Shown piece by piece: positions 23,893-35,565 of a stretch of DNA of 64,000 nucleotides. Position numbers and translations under genes: made by a program. Every line of letters starts with the position of its first letter. Position 1 is the first letter of the stretch. Under the pieces are notes generated by a model. The model saw only the letters and a program-made list of their open reading frames with translations, did no database searches and was not told the origin of the DNA. This DNA is from Okamejei kenojei (lineage: Eukaryota): positions 48,298,001 to 48,362,000 of the forward strand of contig CM069145.1 in assembly GCA_035221665.1 (NCBI GenBank), in the 5' to 3' direction.

Positions 23893-26800
23893 TAGAATCT
23901 TTCTCCAAAGATGGAAATGTCAAAAACTGGAGGACATGGCTTTAAGATGAGGGACTAAGTTTACAGGAGATATGTGGGGCAAGTTTTTTTTTTTTTTTAC
24001 AGAGAGTAGTGAGTGACTTTCTGAACAGAATGCCTTTTCTGTACAATTCCATGTGTAGGAAGGAACTGCAGATTATACATTTCAACCAAAGATAAGACAC
24101 AGAATTCTGGAGCAATTCAGCGGGTCAGGCAGCATCTCTGGAGAAATGTAATGGGTGACATTTTGGGTTGAAACCCTTCTTCAGACTGAGAGTCGGGGGA
24201 GAGGGGAAACAAGAGGTACAGAATAAATCAGAGCTGGCCCCGGTGACTTAAACATGGTGGAGGCCACAGTGGTCCATTTTATTGGCTGTGGAGGTTCCAT
24301 ATAAATACAAGTTGTTCTCAGTACTGATGGAAGTGATCATTGTATAAATGTGCTATGCCATCAATTTTGACTGTCTGCACTGTCATGTTGTCTTTGACAA
24401 CCCTCCTACTGAGGGTGAGCAAGAATTGACCTAAACTGGAGATAGTTAACAGGAGTCAAATCTTTGGAAATACAGATGACACCAGACGGGGTGATGGCAA
24501 CAGCATTGTAATGCTCATGGAAATACAGAATAAACAGGAATGCAAGTATGTGTAAGAAAGAAGAGCAGAGATGCAGCATTAAACCGAAGACAGGCACAAA
24601 AACTGGAGTAACTCAGTGGGTACCGGCAGCATCTCTGGAGAGAAGGAATGGTTGACATTTCGGGTCGAGCCACTTCTTCAGAAAAAGGGTCTCGACCCAA
24701 AACAACACCCGTTCCTTCACTCTAGGAATGCAAGTATGTAGGGTTGCCAATAGATAACAAATTGCTGGAATTGGACATCGTTACTGTAAAAATAATAATA
24801 TTAGCAGCAGGAATATGCGGCACACTGCTGAGTCAGAAAACAGGAAGAAATCAGTGCATGAGAGTGCAGTAAAATATTTGATTTTGGGGCGGCGCATTGG
24901 CGCAGCGGTAGAGTCGCTGCTTTACCGCGCCATGGACCCAGGTTAGATCCTGACTACGGGTGCTATCTATACATGGCTCGTACGTTCTCCCCGTGACCGG
25001 CGTGGGTTTTCTCCGGGTGCTCCGGTTTCCTCCCACACTCCAAAGATGTACAGGTTTATAGGATAATTGGCTTTGGTAAAATTGTAAATTGGCCCGGTTT
25101 GTGTCCTCCTCGCTCGTCGGCGCGGACCCGGTGAGCCGAAGGGCCCTGTTTCCGTGCTGTACCTCGAAACTAAACTGAGCCAAAGTTAAAGTAGGAGGAT
25201 GGTCAGAGAGTATATGACGGTGCTGTCGGTAAAATCTGATGAGATAGCGAATGCACAAAACAATTCTGTCCATCAGTACTTGTATTTATAATTTTAAAAA
25301 AGCAAAGTTATAGAAACATTCGTCTGGTCTGGCAAAGAATCAGAGTTAATGTTTTTTCTCTCCAAGGATGCTGAATAACCTGCTGAATATTTCCGGCACG
25401 TTCTGTTTTTGTTTCAGGTTTCCAACGTCAAGAGTTATTTTTAGTGTCAGTTTTTTTTTTAATGCTATTATTTGTTTTCATACCAAGTCTTTCATAAGAT
25501 ACCCTGCAGTGCTCTACTGAAGTATTTTTGGACAAAAAAATTGGCACAAAGGGAATATTTAGGTTTTTAATTCCACTTTGAGTCCCAGGAATATGATCTT
25601 ACCTTCCAAAAATATATTGGACTGCTAATTCATCTTAAGGAGGGTGGAAGTCTGAAAAGTTGTTTTTAAAGAGTGGCCACAAGGTGACTGGAGAGTGGAT
25701 AGGCTTGTGGATAACAAGCCAAGCTTAAAGTTTTGACAGTTATGGTATCAGTCGCCAGCGTATAAATGATCAGATTTAACCATGTTCAAGAGGCCAGGAG
25801 CGGCACAGTGGCTCAGCGATAGAGTTGCCGCCCTACAGCGCCAACTCTATCGCCAGGGTTCAATCCTGACCACGGGTGCTGTCTGTACGAGGCTGGTACA
25901 TTCTCCCCGTGACTGTGTGGGTTTCCTCCGGGTGCTCCGGTTTCCTCGCACATTCCAAAGACGTGCAGGTTTGTAGGTTAATTGGCTTTAGTAAAAATTG
26001 TCCTTCGCCCCCAGTAGGATAGTGCTGGTGTATGGGGTGACTACTGGTCGGAGCGGACTTGGTGGGGGGGGGGGGGGGGGGGGGCCTTTTCTGCGCTGTA
26101 TCTGTAACGTCTAAAGTAAAGCAGGAGCTTGGTCACGAGGAACAAAGGAGAGGGAAACTAGAGATATGAAAAGGTACAAAGAACAGATGAATAAAAGGCT
26201 ATGGAAAAGAACAAATCAAAGACAGCACCGATGATCAAGGAAAGGTGAAGCCCACAGTGATCATTAGTGGCTGAGGAAAAGGTGATAACGAGGGGATATG
26301 AACTGTGAAACCAAGCAGGATGACAATGAAACTAGTAGGACGACTAAGGTGGGGGAGGGATGGAGAGAGAGGGGGTGGAAGGGTACTCGAAATTAGAGAA
26401 ATCAATATTCATACCACTTGGTTGTAAGCTGGAATAAGCAGGACTTTCCCTCTTCCCTGACTCTGTCTGAAGAAGGGTCTCGACCCCAAATGTCACCTAT
26501 TCCTTTTCTCCAGAGATCCTGCCTGATCCACTGAGTTACTCCCAGCATTTCTATGACTATCTAACGAAGATTGATATTCTTCCCTTCAGAACATTAGGAA
26601 CTAGATCGGTTGAAATGTCAATCTGATGGTTTCCCAGTCGCCACTATTGATGTTACAAATTTATTCCAGATTCATCTGATTGCTAACCTACGTTCAGACA
26701 TGTCTGAGATCAATTGTCCAGACCTAGTTTATGGCTCTAACTCGTGGCCTGATGATGTATTGTAATTTTCACCAGTTTAAAAAAAAAAAAAAATTTTAAA

Positions 26801-26917
26801 TGATGAATGAAAAATATTCAGTCTGACACCTTTGCGGAAGGCAATGATGAAAGATGGCATTTATCGAAGGCAAAAAGCGCTCTCAAAAATAGCCGTCTCG
26901 GGTGTGTTCTCATTTAG

Positions 26918-27129
26918 AGCTTGACAGCCCCGAAGAGCTGGAGAAGAAGCGCATCTGCCGTGTTGTCACCAAGGACTTTCCCCAGTACTTTGCAGTTGTG
27001 TCTCGGATCAAGCAAGAGAGTAACCAAATGGGGCCGGAAGGAGGGATGTTGAGCAGCACCACCATTCCAAGCGTGCAAGCATCTTTCCCGGATGGTGCCT
27101 TGACCAAAAGAATCCGAGTGGGGCTACAG
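26918..27129 (+). CDS. ANK3: ANK3 ZU5A/ZU5B exon ([29 protein letters not shown]...IRVGLQ)
   Basis: tttag acceptor, gtaagt donor at 27130, 212 nt, phase 1 to 0. Confidence 0.96.
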
Positions 27130-30115
27130 GTAAGTGGCCGTTTAATTTTTAAGAAAGAACTGCAGATGTTGGTAAAATCGAAGGTAGACCATAACATGCT
27201 AAAGAAACTCAGCGGGTGAGGCAGCATCTACGGAGAGAAGGAATTGGCGATCTATCAGTCTGAAGAAGGGTCTCGACCCGAAACTTCACCAATTCCTTCT
27301 CTCCATAGATGCTGCCTCACCCGCTGAGTTTCTCCAGCATTTTGTGTCTACCTTGGGAGTTTAACTTGCTTTGCCAAATGTTGGAATGGTGGAAGCACTG
27401 GTTGGAGTCTTGGAACAAGAAACTAGAACGTCTACACCATGCGAATATCAATATCAATCAATTCAATTATTTTTAAATTAGCATTCATTTTGTTCACAAA
27501 ATATCTTGGCTACACAAAGGTAACTTTGACAGAAAAAGCATGGAGGAGATTTAAATTATGAAGGGTTTTAATTGGATCCAAGGGAAAAGCTTTATCATAG
27601 GATCATAAGTGATAGGAGTAAGAATTAGGCCATTCAAGTCTACTCCGCCATTCAATCATGGCTGGTCTATCTCTCCCTCCTAACCCCATTTTCCTGCTTT
27701 CTCCCCTTGACCCCTGACCCCCATTCTAATCAAGAATCTATCTCTGCCTTAAATATATCCACTGAATTTGCCTCCACAGCCTTCTGTGGCAAATAATTCC
27801 ACAGATTCACTACCCTCTGACAAAAGAAATTCATCCTCCTCCTGCTTCCTAAAAAACAGGTGCAAGATCAGCCAGGAGAAAAGGGTATTTAATTAAAGAC
27901 ATCCTTTAATTCTGAGGCTTTGACCTCTAGTCCTAGACTCTCCCACTAGTGAAAAGATCCTCTCCACATTCACACCATCCAAGCCTTTTGCTATTCTGTA
28001 CGAGACCGGGTCTAGCCTCGGCAACTGCATCGTCGAACACTTGGGCTCAGTCCGCCGAGGCCTGCGGAATGTCCCGTGTTGCTAACCATTTTAACAAACC
28101 AATAACTTGACCACTCCCTCCCCAATGGCACACCAACATGTCTTTGACATCACAATCCATGGACCATATACCAAAGTAGAGACACATTGTGTGACTGCCT
28201 TTTCATCTTTATTATAGCATGGTTTTCTGTATTCATAATTTCTGAAGAATGGTTTAGATATTATTGTCACATGTACAATGAAAAGCTTTGTTCTGCATTC
28301 TATTCAATCAGATCAGATAATATACTATATATAAATACCATCAAGTCGATCTCAAGTACAATAGATGGAGCAAAGGGGGAAGCTACAGAGTGCAGAATGT
28401 AGTTCTCAGCATTGCAGCGCATGAGTTCCACAGACAAAGTCCAATGTCTGCAATGAGGTAGAGGTGATTCAGACAGTACCCAGGTGGAAGCCTGATAACA
28501 GAGGGGAGGAAACTGTTCCTGGGTCTGGTGGTGTGTGCATTCCAGCTTTGTTATCTTCAGGGCAGCAATGGGAGCGCAGTGGTAGAGTTGCTGCCTTGCA
28601 GCGCCAGAGGCCCGGTTTCGATCCTGACTACCGGTGATTGCCTCTACAGAGTTTGTAGTGACCTGCGTGGGTTTTTTCCAAGCTCTTCGGTTTCCTCCTG
28701 CACTCCACAGGTGTACTGGTTTGCAGGTTAATTGGCTTGGTATAAATGTAAATTGTCCCTTGTGTGTTAGTGTGCGGGGATCGCTGGTCAGCGTGGACCC
28801 GGTAGGCCGAAAGGCCTGTCTCCGCGCTGTATCTCTAAACTAAACTAAATTTCGTCCCGACAGCAGCGGGGAGAAGAAGGAATGACCGGGGTTGGACAAG
28901 TATTTGAAACTGGCCAAAATAATGAATGGCATTTGAGTTATACCTTAATTTCACGATGTAAATCAATCTGTCAATAGTGTAGCCTCCCTGGTGCACACAA
29001 CTGCTGAAAGATGATGCATTTTGTGAAAGTGCTTGCTGGTCCATTTAGATTCTTTCCCATAATGAGCTCATCGTTCCGACTCCTCCAGACACGCACAAAT
29101 GTTCCTGATGGATTTGCCAACTTTCCTTGGAATTATAACTTTTTGGAGTGGTGTCATATTCCCGCTTGACAGGAATTTTGCATAGCTAAAGGTTAATAGG
29201 TCATGAAGTGCAAAGCCCACAACTTCCCATTGATCGCAAAAAGCTTCCTGGTTTACACAGTAGTTCATTCAGTTGCGAATTATTTTACATCTCATCTCTG
29301 TTTGTGCGACAGGATAAAATCATTAGTCTCATAAAACCCCAGAGGAAATCTTCCCTTGGAGGAAGTCCCAGCAAGGGATAGATTGTCTCACTGACCAGCC
29401 ATTCTTCTTGAGGCTGTCTGCTATTTTAAATTAAGGACTTTTGAGTTAATACTTATAGTTTACTTCTGGGAGGTCCTTTTTACAGATTGTTCAGGAGGGT
29501 TCAGGTTTTGTAAGCCGAGTCCAGGTTTAGCGCTACAGTGTGCAAACAGGCCCTCAGTGAGTCGGCACCGATCAGCGATCCCCACACACCAACACTATCA
29601 AGCACATACGAGGGACAATTTATAATTTTACCAAGCCAATTAACCTTCAAACCTAAATGCCTTTGGAGTGTCGGAGCTCCCGGAGAAAAAACTACGCAAG
29701 TCACGAGGAGAACGTACAATCTCCGTACAGACAGCGCCTGTAGTCGGGTTCAAACTCGGGAGAGAGAGAGAGAGTTGTGAATCTGTGGAATTCTCTGCCA
29801 CAGAAGGCAGTGGAAGCCAATTCACTGGATGTCTTCAAGAGAGTGTTCGATATAGCTCTTCGGGCTAACGGAATCAAGGGATAGGGGGAGAAAGCAGGAA
29901 CGGGGTACTGATTTTGGATTATCTGCCGTGGTCATATTGAATGGCAGTGCTAGCTCGAAGGGCCGAATGGCCTACTCCTGCTCCTATTTTCTATGTCTCT
30001 GGCGCTGTAAGGCAGCAAACCTACCGCAGCGTCATCGCGCCGCCCACGTTGCTTGCGGTGACGCACCCAGTATATATTTATCTCATTTAAACTTTGTTTT
30101 GTGCTTGTTCCGCAG

Positions 30116-30317
30116 GCCCAGCCAGTCCTGGATGAACTTGTGAGAAAGATCCTTGGGAACAGAGCCACGTTTAGTCCCATTGTAACTGTGGAGCCTCGAA
30201 GAAGGAAATTCCACAAACCCATCACCATGACTATCCCAGTGCCATCTGCATCAGGAGATGTGGCAAACGGAAGTCGAGGAGATGCTCCAAGCCTCCGGCT
30301 GCTGTGTAGTATAACAG
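30116..30317 (+). CDS. ANK3: ANK3 ZU5B exon ([37 protein letters not shown]...LLCSIT)
   Basis: cgcag acceptor, gtaggt donor at 30318, 202 nt, phase 0 to 1. Confidence 0.96.
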
Positions 30318-32510
30318 GTAGGTTTGACCTGATCCTGTTCCCCTTAACAAAATTCATTGACATACAGTGATATTGTGAGCATGAAATGGTTGCTCAAATC
30401 AAATCTTCAGTCAGAGGGCGGTGGATCTGTGGAATTCTTTGCCACAGAAGTCTGTGGCGGCCAAGTCGGTGGATATATTTAAGGCAGAGATAGATAGATT
30501 CTTGATTAGTGCGTGTGTCAGAGGTTATGGGGAGAAGGCAGGAGAATGGGGTTAGGAGGAAGAGTTAGATCAGTCATGATTGATTGGCAGAGTAGACTTG
30601 ATGGGCCGAATGGCCTAAGTCTACCCCTATCTCCAGTGATCTTATCAAACTGCATAGTGTCCTTATCCTGGGTGAGAATATTACCAGCAGGGCTAGCCAG
30701 CATTTATTGCCCATCCTGAATTGTATTGTGTTTAGATTAGAGATACAGCCAACCAGCAGTCCCCGCACGTTAACACTACCCTACACACACTAGGGATAAT
30801 TTACATTTATACCAAGCCAATTAACCTACAAACCTGAACGTATTTGGAGTGTGGGGGGAAACCGAAGATCTCGGAGAAAACCCATGCGGTCGCGGGGAGA
30901 ACGTGCAAACTCCGTTCAGACGGCACCCGTAGATGGGATGGAACCCGGGTCTCTGGCGCTGTGCGGCAGCATTTCCACCGCTGCGCCACCCAGTGCTTTG
31001 GAACGTTGATGCAAGGCAGCAAGTAGAATCGCCGTGTATGTCGCGATTAATCTATTCCCATGGCGTCGGTAAGTGGAGAGTTTTCAGATTTAGAGCCAGT
31101 GGTGATTAAAGAATGGGCGACATGTTCCTTTAACAGGATGTTATGGCTTGGACTTAGATGGTAGTGTTCTGGTACTTCTCATAGAGCCAAAGGGGACAAA
31201 ACAGGCCCTTTGTCCAATGCTGACCAAGGTGCCCCATCTAAGCCGGTCTTTGGCCCATATTTCTGCACAAGAAACACAAAGGGCGGCACAGTACCGCAGT
31301 GGTAGTGTTTGTGCCTTCCTGTGCCTGAGACCCACGTTCGATCCTGACTAAGGGTGCTGTCTGCATGGAGTTTGTACATTCTCCTTGTGACCGCGCGGGT
31401 TTCCTCCGGGTGCTCTGTTTTCCTCCCATACTCCAAAGACGTGCAAGTTTGTAAGTTAATTGACTTCCGTAAAATTGTTAGGGTATGGGATAGAACTAGT
31501 GTACGGGATGTTTGTTGGTTGGCGCAGACTCCATGGGCCAAAGGGCCTGTTTCCACACTGTATCTCTAAACTAAACTATGCCACCTGCTGCTGTTCAGGT
31601 GGCGCAGGCTGTGAGTTTAGGAGGCGCTCTTGTTGAAGCTTTGCTGCAAGTTATTGCATTGGAGATACTGCAAGTGTTGCATTCTGCAGCCATTGTATCT
31701 CTAGTTCTGGGAAGGGATATTCTTGTGAGATGAAGAACTTAGTTGCAGTCCAAGGGTGGTCTGCTGCATTCTGGTGATAGATCGTGATGATAGATAGTCT
31801 GGATTTTCTATAGGTTGGGGTTTGGACGTAAAAGTTTAATCCACCAGGTAAACCCGGCCTTCCATATGCAGCACCATAGCGCACTGGTAGAGTTGCTGCC
31901 TTACAGCACCAGAGACCCAGGGTTTGATCCTGCCTACGGATGCTGTCTGCACAGGGTTTGTACGTTCTCCACGTGACCTGCCTGGGTTTTCTCCAGATGC
32001 TCCGCTTTCCTCCCTCATTCGAAAGACGTACAGGTTTGTAGGTTAATTGGCTTGATAAAACTGTAAATTGTCCCTAGTGTTCGTGTGCGAAGGGCTGAAA
32101 GGCCTGTTTCTGCGCTGTATCTCCGAACTGAACTAAACCGCCAATTGCATAAGTTTCAAATGTGGAATATATTGGGATTTTAGATGTTGATGAATGTTAC
32201 TATTCCTGTATAGTCACTTCGACAGATATCCTGAATCCCTTTTAGTCACAGAGTGTTGGAGTAACTTGGGTCAGGCAGCATCTCTGGGGAAAAAAAGGAT
32301 GGGTGACGTTTTGGGTGGGGTCTGAAGAAGGGCTCGGACCCGAATCTTCACCCTTCCTTTTTGTCCAGAGATGTTGCCTGAACCGCTGAGTTAGTACAGC
32401 ACTTTGTGTCCACCTTTGGTATATACCAGCATCTGGAGTTCCTTTCTAGACAATCCTGAATCCCCTTGTTCACTGGACATGACATCTTCCGCTTTCTTTC
32501 TCATTGCTAG

Positions 32511-32607
32511 GAGGCACATCACCTGCACAGTGGGAAGACATCACCGGAACAACACCATTAACCTTTGTCAACGAAGGCGTTTCTTTCACAACAAATGTCT
32601 CCGCCAG
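32511..32607 (+). CDS. ANK3: ANK3 ZU5B exon ([33 protein letters not shown])
   Basis: gctag acceptor, gtacag donor at 32608, 97 nt, phase 1 to 2. The ORF track shows a different frame here. Confidence 0.95.
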
Positions 32608-33396
32608 GTACAGTTCAACATTTTCTTTATACAGCAAATGTGTTCGATAAGGTATCCACACTTTTTTTGACCTTGCAGCACTGCAGTGAGTAAATCACAA
32701 TTACTTGCTATTGACAGGCAGCTAATGAAAAAAGATTGTATACTTTTTGTATGATTGTATACGAACCATAATGGAATTTGCTACTTTTCGATCATTTCTA
32801 TGGACCATTCTGGGGAACAGCACTCGAGAATTGTAGGTGCAAAAAGGCAAAGAAGAATGTTAACTAGTCCTGCAGAGAGATGGTGCGGGGGAGAGAGAAG
32901 AACTTTGCCTTCCATCACAGTGAGGAGGAGATTCACTGTGATGGATATTTTTGTGTTGTTTGTGTGTTTTTTTTATGAATTGCTCTGTTTCTATGGCTTG
33001 TAGAAACAGAATTACGTTCGAGCCTCTCTGAGGTTCAAATGACAAGTAATAAAATCTATCTACTTACTGTATTTGTACTTCCAATATATATAAAAATAAT
33101 GTGATAATCGTAATGAATTGATCAAAGATTCCAAAAGTACCGTGGGGAAAGTCACTCGTATTGGACTCTTCCTTTGCAAGTATTTAACCAGAGAGGCTAT
33201 TTTGTCGATTTTGGATGTTGATAATTGTTAGAGTTGAAAGAAGTGTTTAAAGAAACAATGGCCAGTAAAATATTCATATGGCCCGACTTTGTGAGTAATT
33301 TGTGATCTCCAGTTCTAAATTGTCTTGCACGTGTACATGACTGCCTTCAATGCTCAAAAGATCTCATTGACCTCGTGTGTGTCATTTCCTGCACAG

Positions 33397-33625
33397 GTTT
33401 TGGCTTGTCGATTGTCTTCAGGTGGCAGAAACGGTTAGCTTAGCCACTCAGCTCTACAGGGAATTAATCTGTGTCCCCTACATGGCCAAATTTGTTGTAT
33501 TTGCCAAAATGCATGACCCGGTGGAAGCCCGTCTGCGTTGCTTCTGTATGACCGACGACAAAGTTGACAAGACATTAGAGCAGCAGGAGAACTTCACGGA
33601 AGTGGCTCGGAGCAAAGACATTGAG
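33397..33625 (+). CDS. ANK3: ANK3 ZU5B/UPA exon ([13 protein letters not shown]...[29 protein letters not shown])
   Basis: cacag acceptor, gtacac donor at 33626, 229 nt, phase 2 to 0. Confidence 0.96.
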
Positions 33626-34461
33626 GTACACTTTCAAGCAATTGGTGTGGCTTCTATTGAGTGTCAGCTCGCTACAGGCCACAAGGGCAATTTTATGATG
33701 GTGATGAAAGCACAGATCCAAGCCCGACTCGTCCATGCCAACCAAGGTGGTTGTCTATACTATGCCTGCATTGGGCTCATGTCCCACTGTTCCTTTCCTA
33801 TATAATTGCTTTTTGTTCTCCAGTATCTCCCCTATCTTGGGAGAAAGGCTATCTCTTTCGATCCTACCTAATCCGTCGTAATTTTATAAACCGTCAGCCT
33901 CTTGGGCTCCAGTGAGACCAATCCCGGCCTATCCCACTTCTCCTGGTACCCAAACCCCTCCATTCCAGGCAACATCCTGAGGATTCTATTCTGCCCTCTT
34001 TCTCACATGACCACACCCTTTCTATGGTATGAACATGTTTCACATTTTATTAGTTTGGTTTTAATAGCTTTGATTTTATTGTCAATACCAGATGTGAAAG
34101 TTTATACACAAGTAAAACCTTTTGCTAGGGCGATAGAGTCACACAGCAAGGAAACGGGCCTTCTAGCCCAACGTGTCCTTGTCAACCAGTTTCCATCAGA
34201 TAGGGAAAATCAAAAACAGGAGATGCTTTTTTGAAATGGAGACCAAGGAGAAGAGCAGAAGAGAACAACTTGTTTTTCAAAGCGTATGGACCATTAATCT
34301 GCACTGCTAGAGAGATATTTGGAGCTCTCAAGGCCACGAGTGATTATTTTTATTAGTGAGAACATTCAGTAGTGTTGAGACATCAGCCATGATTTAATGA
34401 AAGTGTGCAACAGACATGATTGAATAACTGTCTTTCAACTGATTCCTGAATGGAAGTCTCA

Positions 34462-34689
34462 AGGGCCTGTCCCACTTGCCGATTTTTTGCGGCGGCTGCC
34501 GGCATCGTTGACTGGCGTATCAGGTCACCGAAAAATACGCGGCGTGATGACGTATGACACGCGGTTTTTTTTTTCAAGTGTCGCAACTTTTTTTTTGTCG
34601 CCGCTGGATTTTGAAATATTCAAAATCTTTTGGCGCCACTGATATGACGCCGGCAGTCGCTGAAAAAATAGCCAAGTGGGACAGGCCCT
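34462..34689. mobile_element. PIF/Harbinger-like MITE
   Basis: TIRs agggcctgtcccacttg / caagtgggacaggccct; flanks TCA and TGA (TNA, imperfect TSD). Confidence 0.8.
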
Positions 34690-35439
34690 TGACTTTCTGT
34701 AATGCTGGCCCCATTGAGAGCACTGGAGAGTTTAGACTTCAGTCCAGAAGGCAGCCGGTGACGCCTCAGCATGGTGGCCTAATAGGGGAAAGTAAACCCT
34801 TTCTTGCTTCCCATTCAGTCTGTTGCTCTTCAACGGCTGATCCCATTTCCCCCTAAACATATCCAGGACTGCTCCTGGCACCCGAGCCATGAATATCAGC
34901 GTACAATCTATAGAAATGCTGGAATGGGTGGAACCTACAATGGGTGTCTGGGCAGGCTCCCTCATAAAGTTAAGTAATTAAAAGTAGGCTTTGAGAAATT
35001 CTCTATTGGCTTGGCTGTTTTTATGAAACACAGGTTTAAAGGGATTTAAATTTTGTTGTTAAGAGCCATACAAGCACAGAAACAGGCACTTCTGCCCAAT
35101 TAGTACATGCTAACCAAAATGCCCATCTAAGCCCTTTGCACTGTGGGTGACCCGGTCAATAAGGTCATAAGTGATAGGAGCAGAATTAGGCCATTCTGCC
35201 CATCAAGTCTACTCCACCATTCAATCATGGCTGATCTCTCTCCCTCCAAACCCCATTCTCCTGCCTTCTCCCCATAATTGCTAACACCCGCACTAGGAAA
35301 GTTAAAATATCCCACTGATACTACCCTAATACTATTACAGGACAGTAAACCATTAACTGCCTTTACATCAATACATCAAGATGACTAACTATTCTTTGGT
35401 CAATGTGTTCATTTGTAACCTTGCAATGATAACCAACAG

Positions 35440-35565
35440 GTACTAGAAGGTAAACCCATCTTCGTGGATTGCTATGGAAACTTGGCTCCTCTAGCCAAAG
35501 CAGGCCAGCAGCTTGTATTCAACTTTTATGCTTTCAAAGAAAATAGATTGCCCTTTGGTGTGAAG
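35440..35565 (+). CDS. ANK3: ANK3 UPA exon ([42 protein letters not shown])
   Basis: aacag acceptor with a weak pyrimidine tract, gtaaga donor at 35566, 126 nt, phase 0 to 0. Confidence 0.94.
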
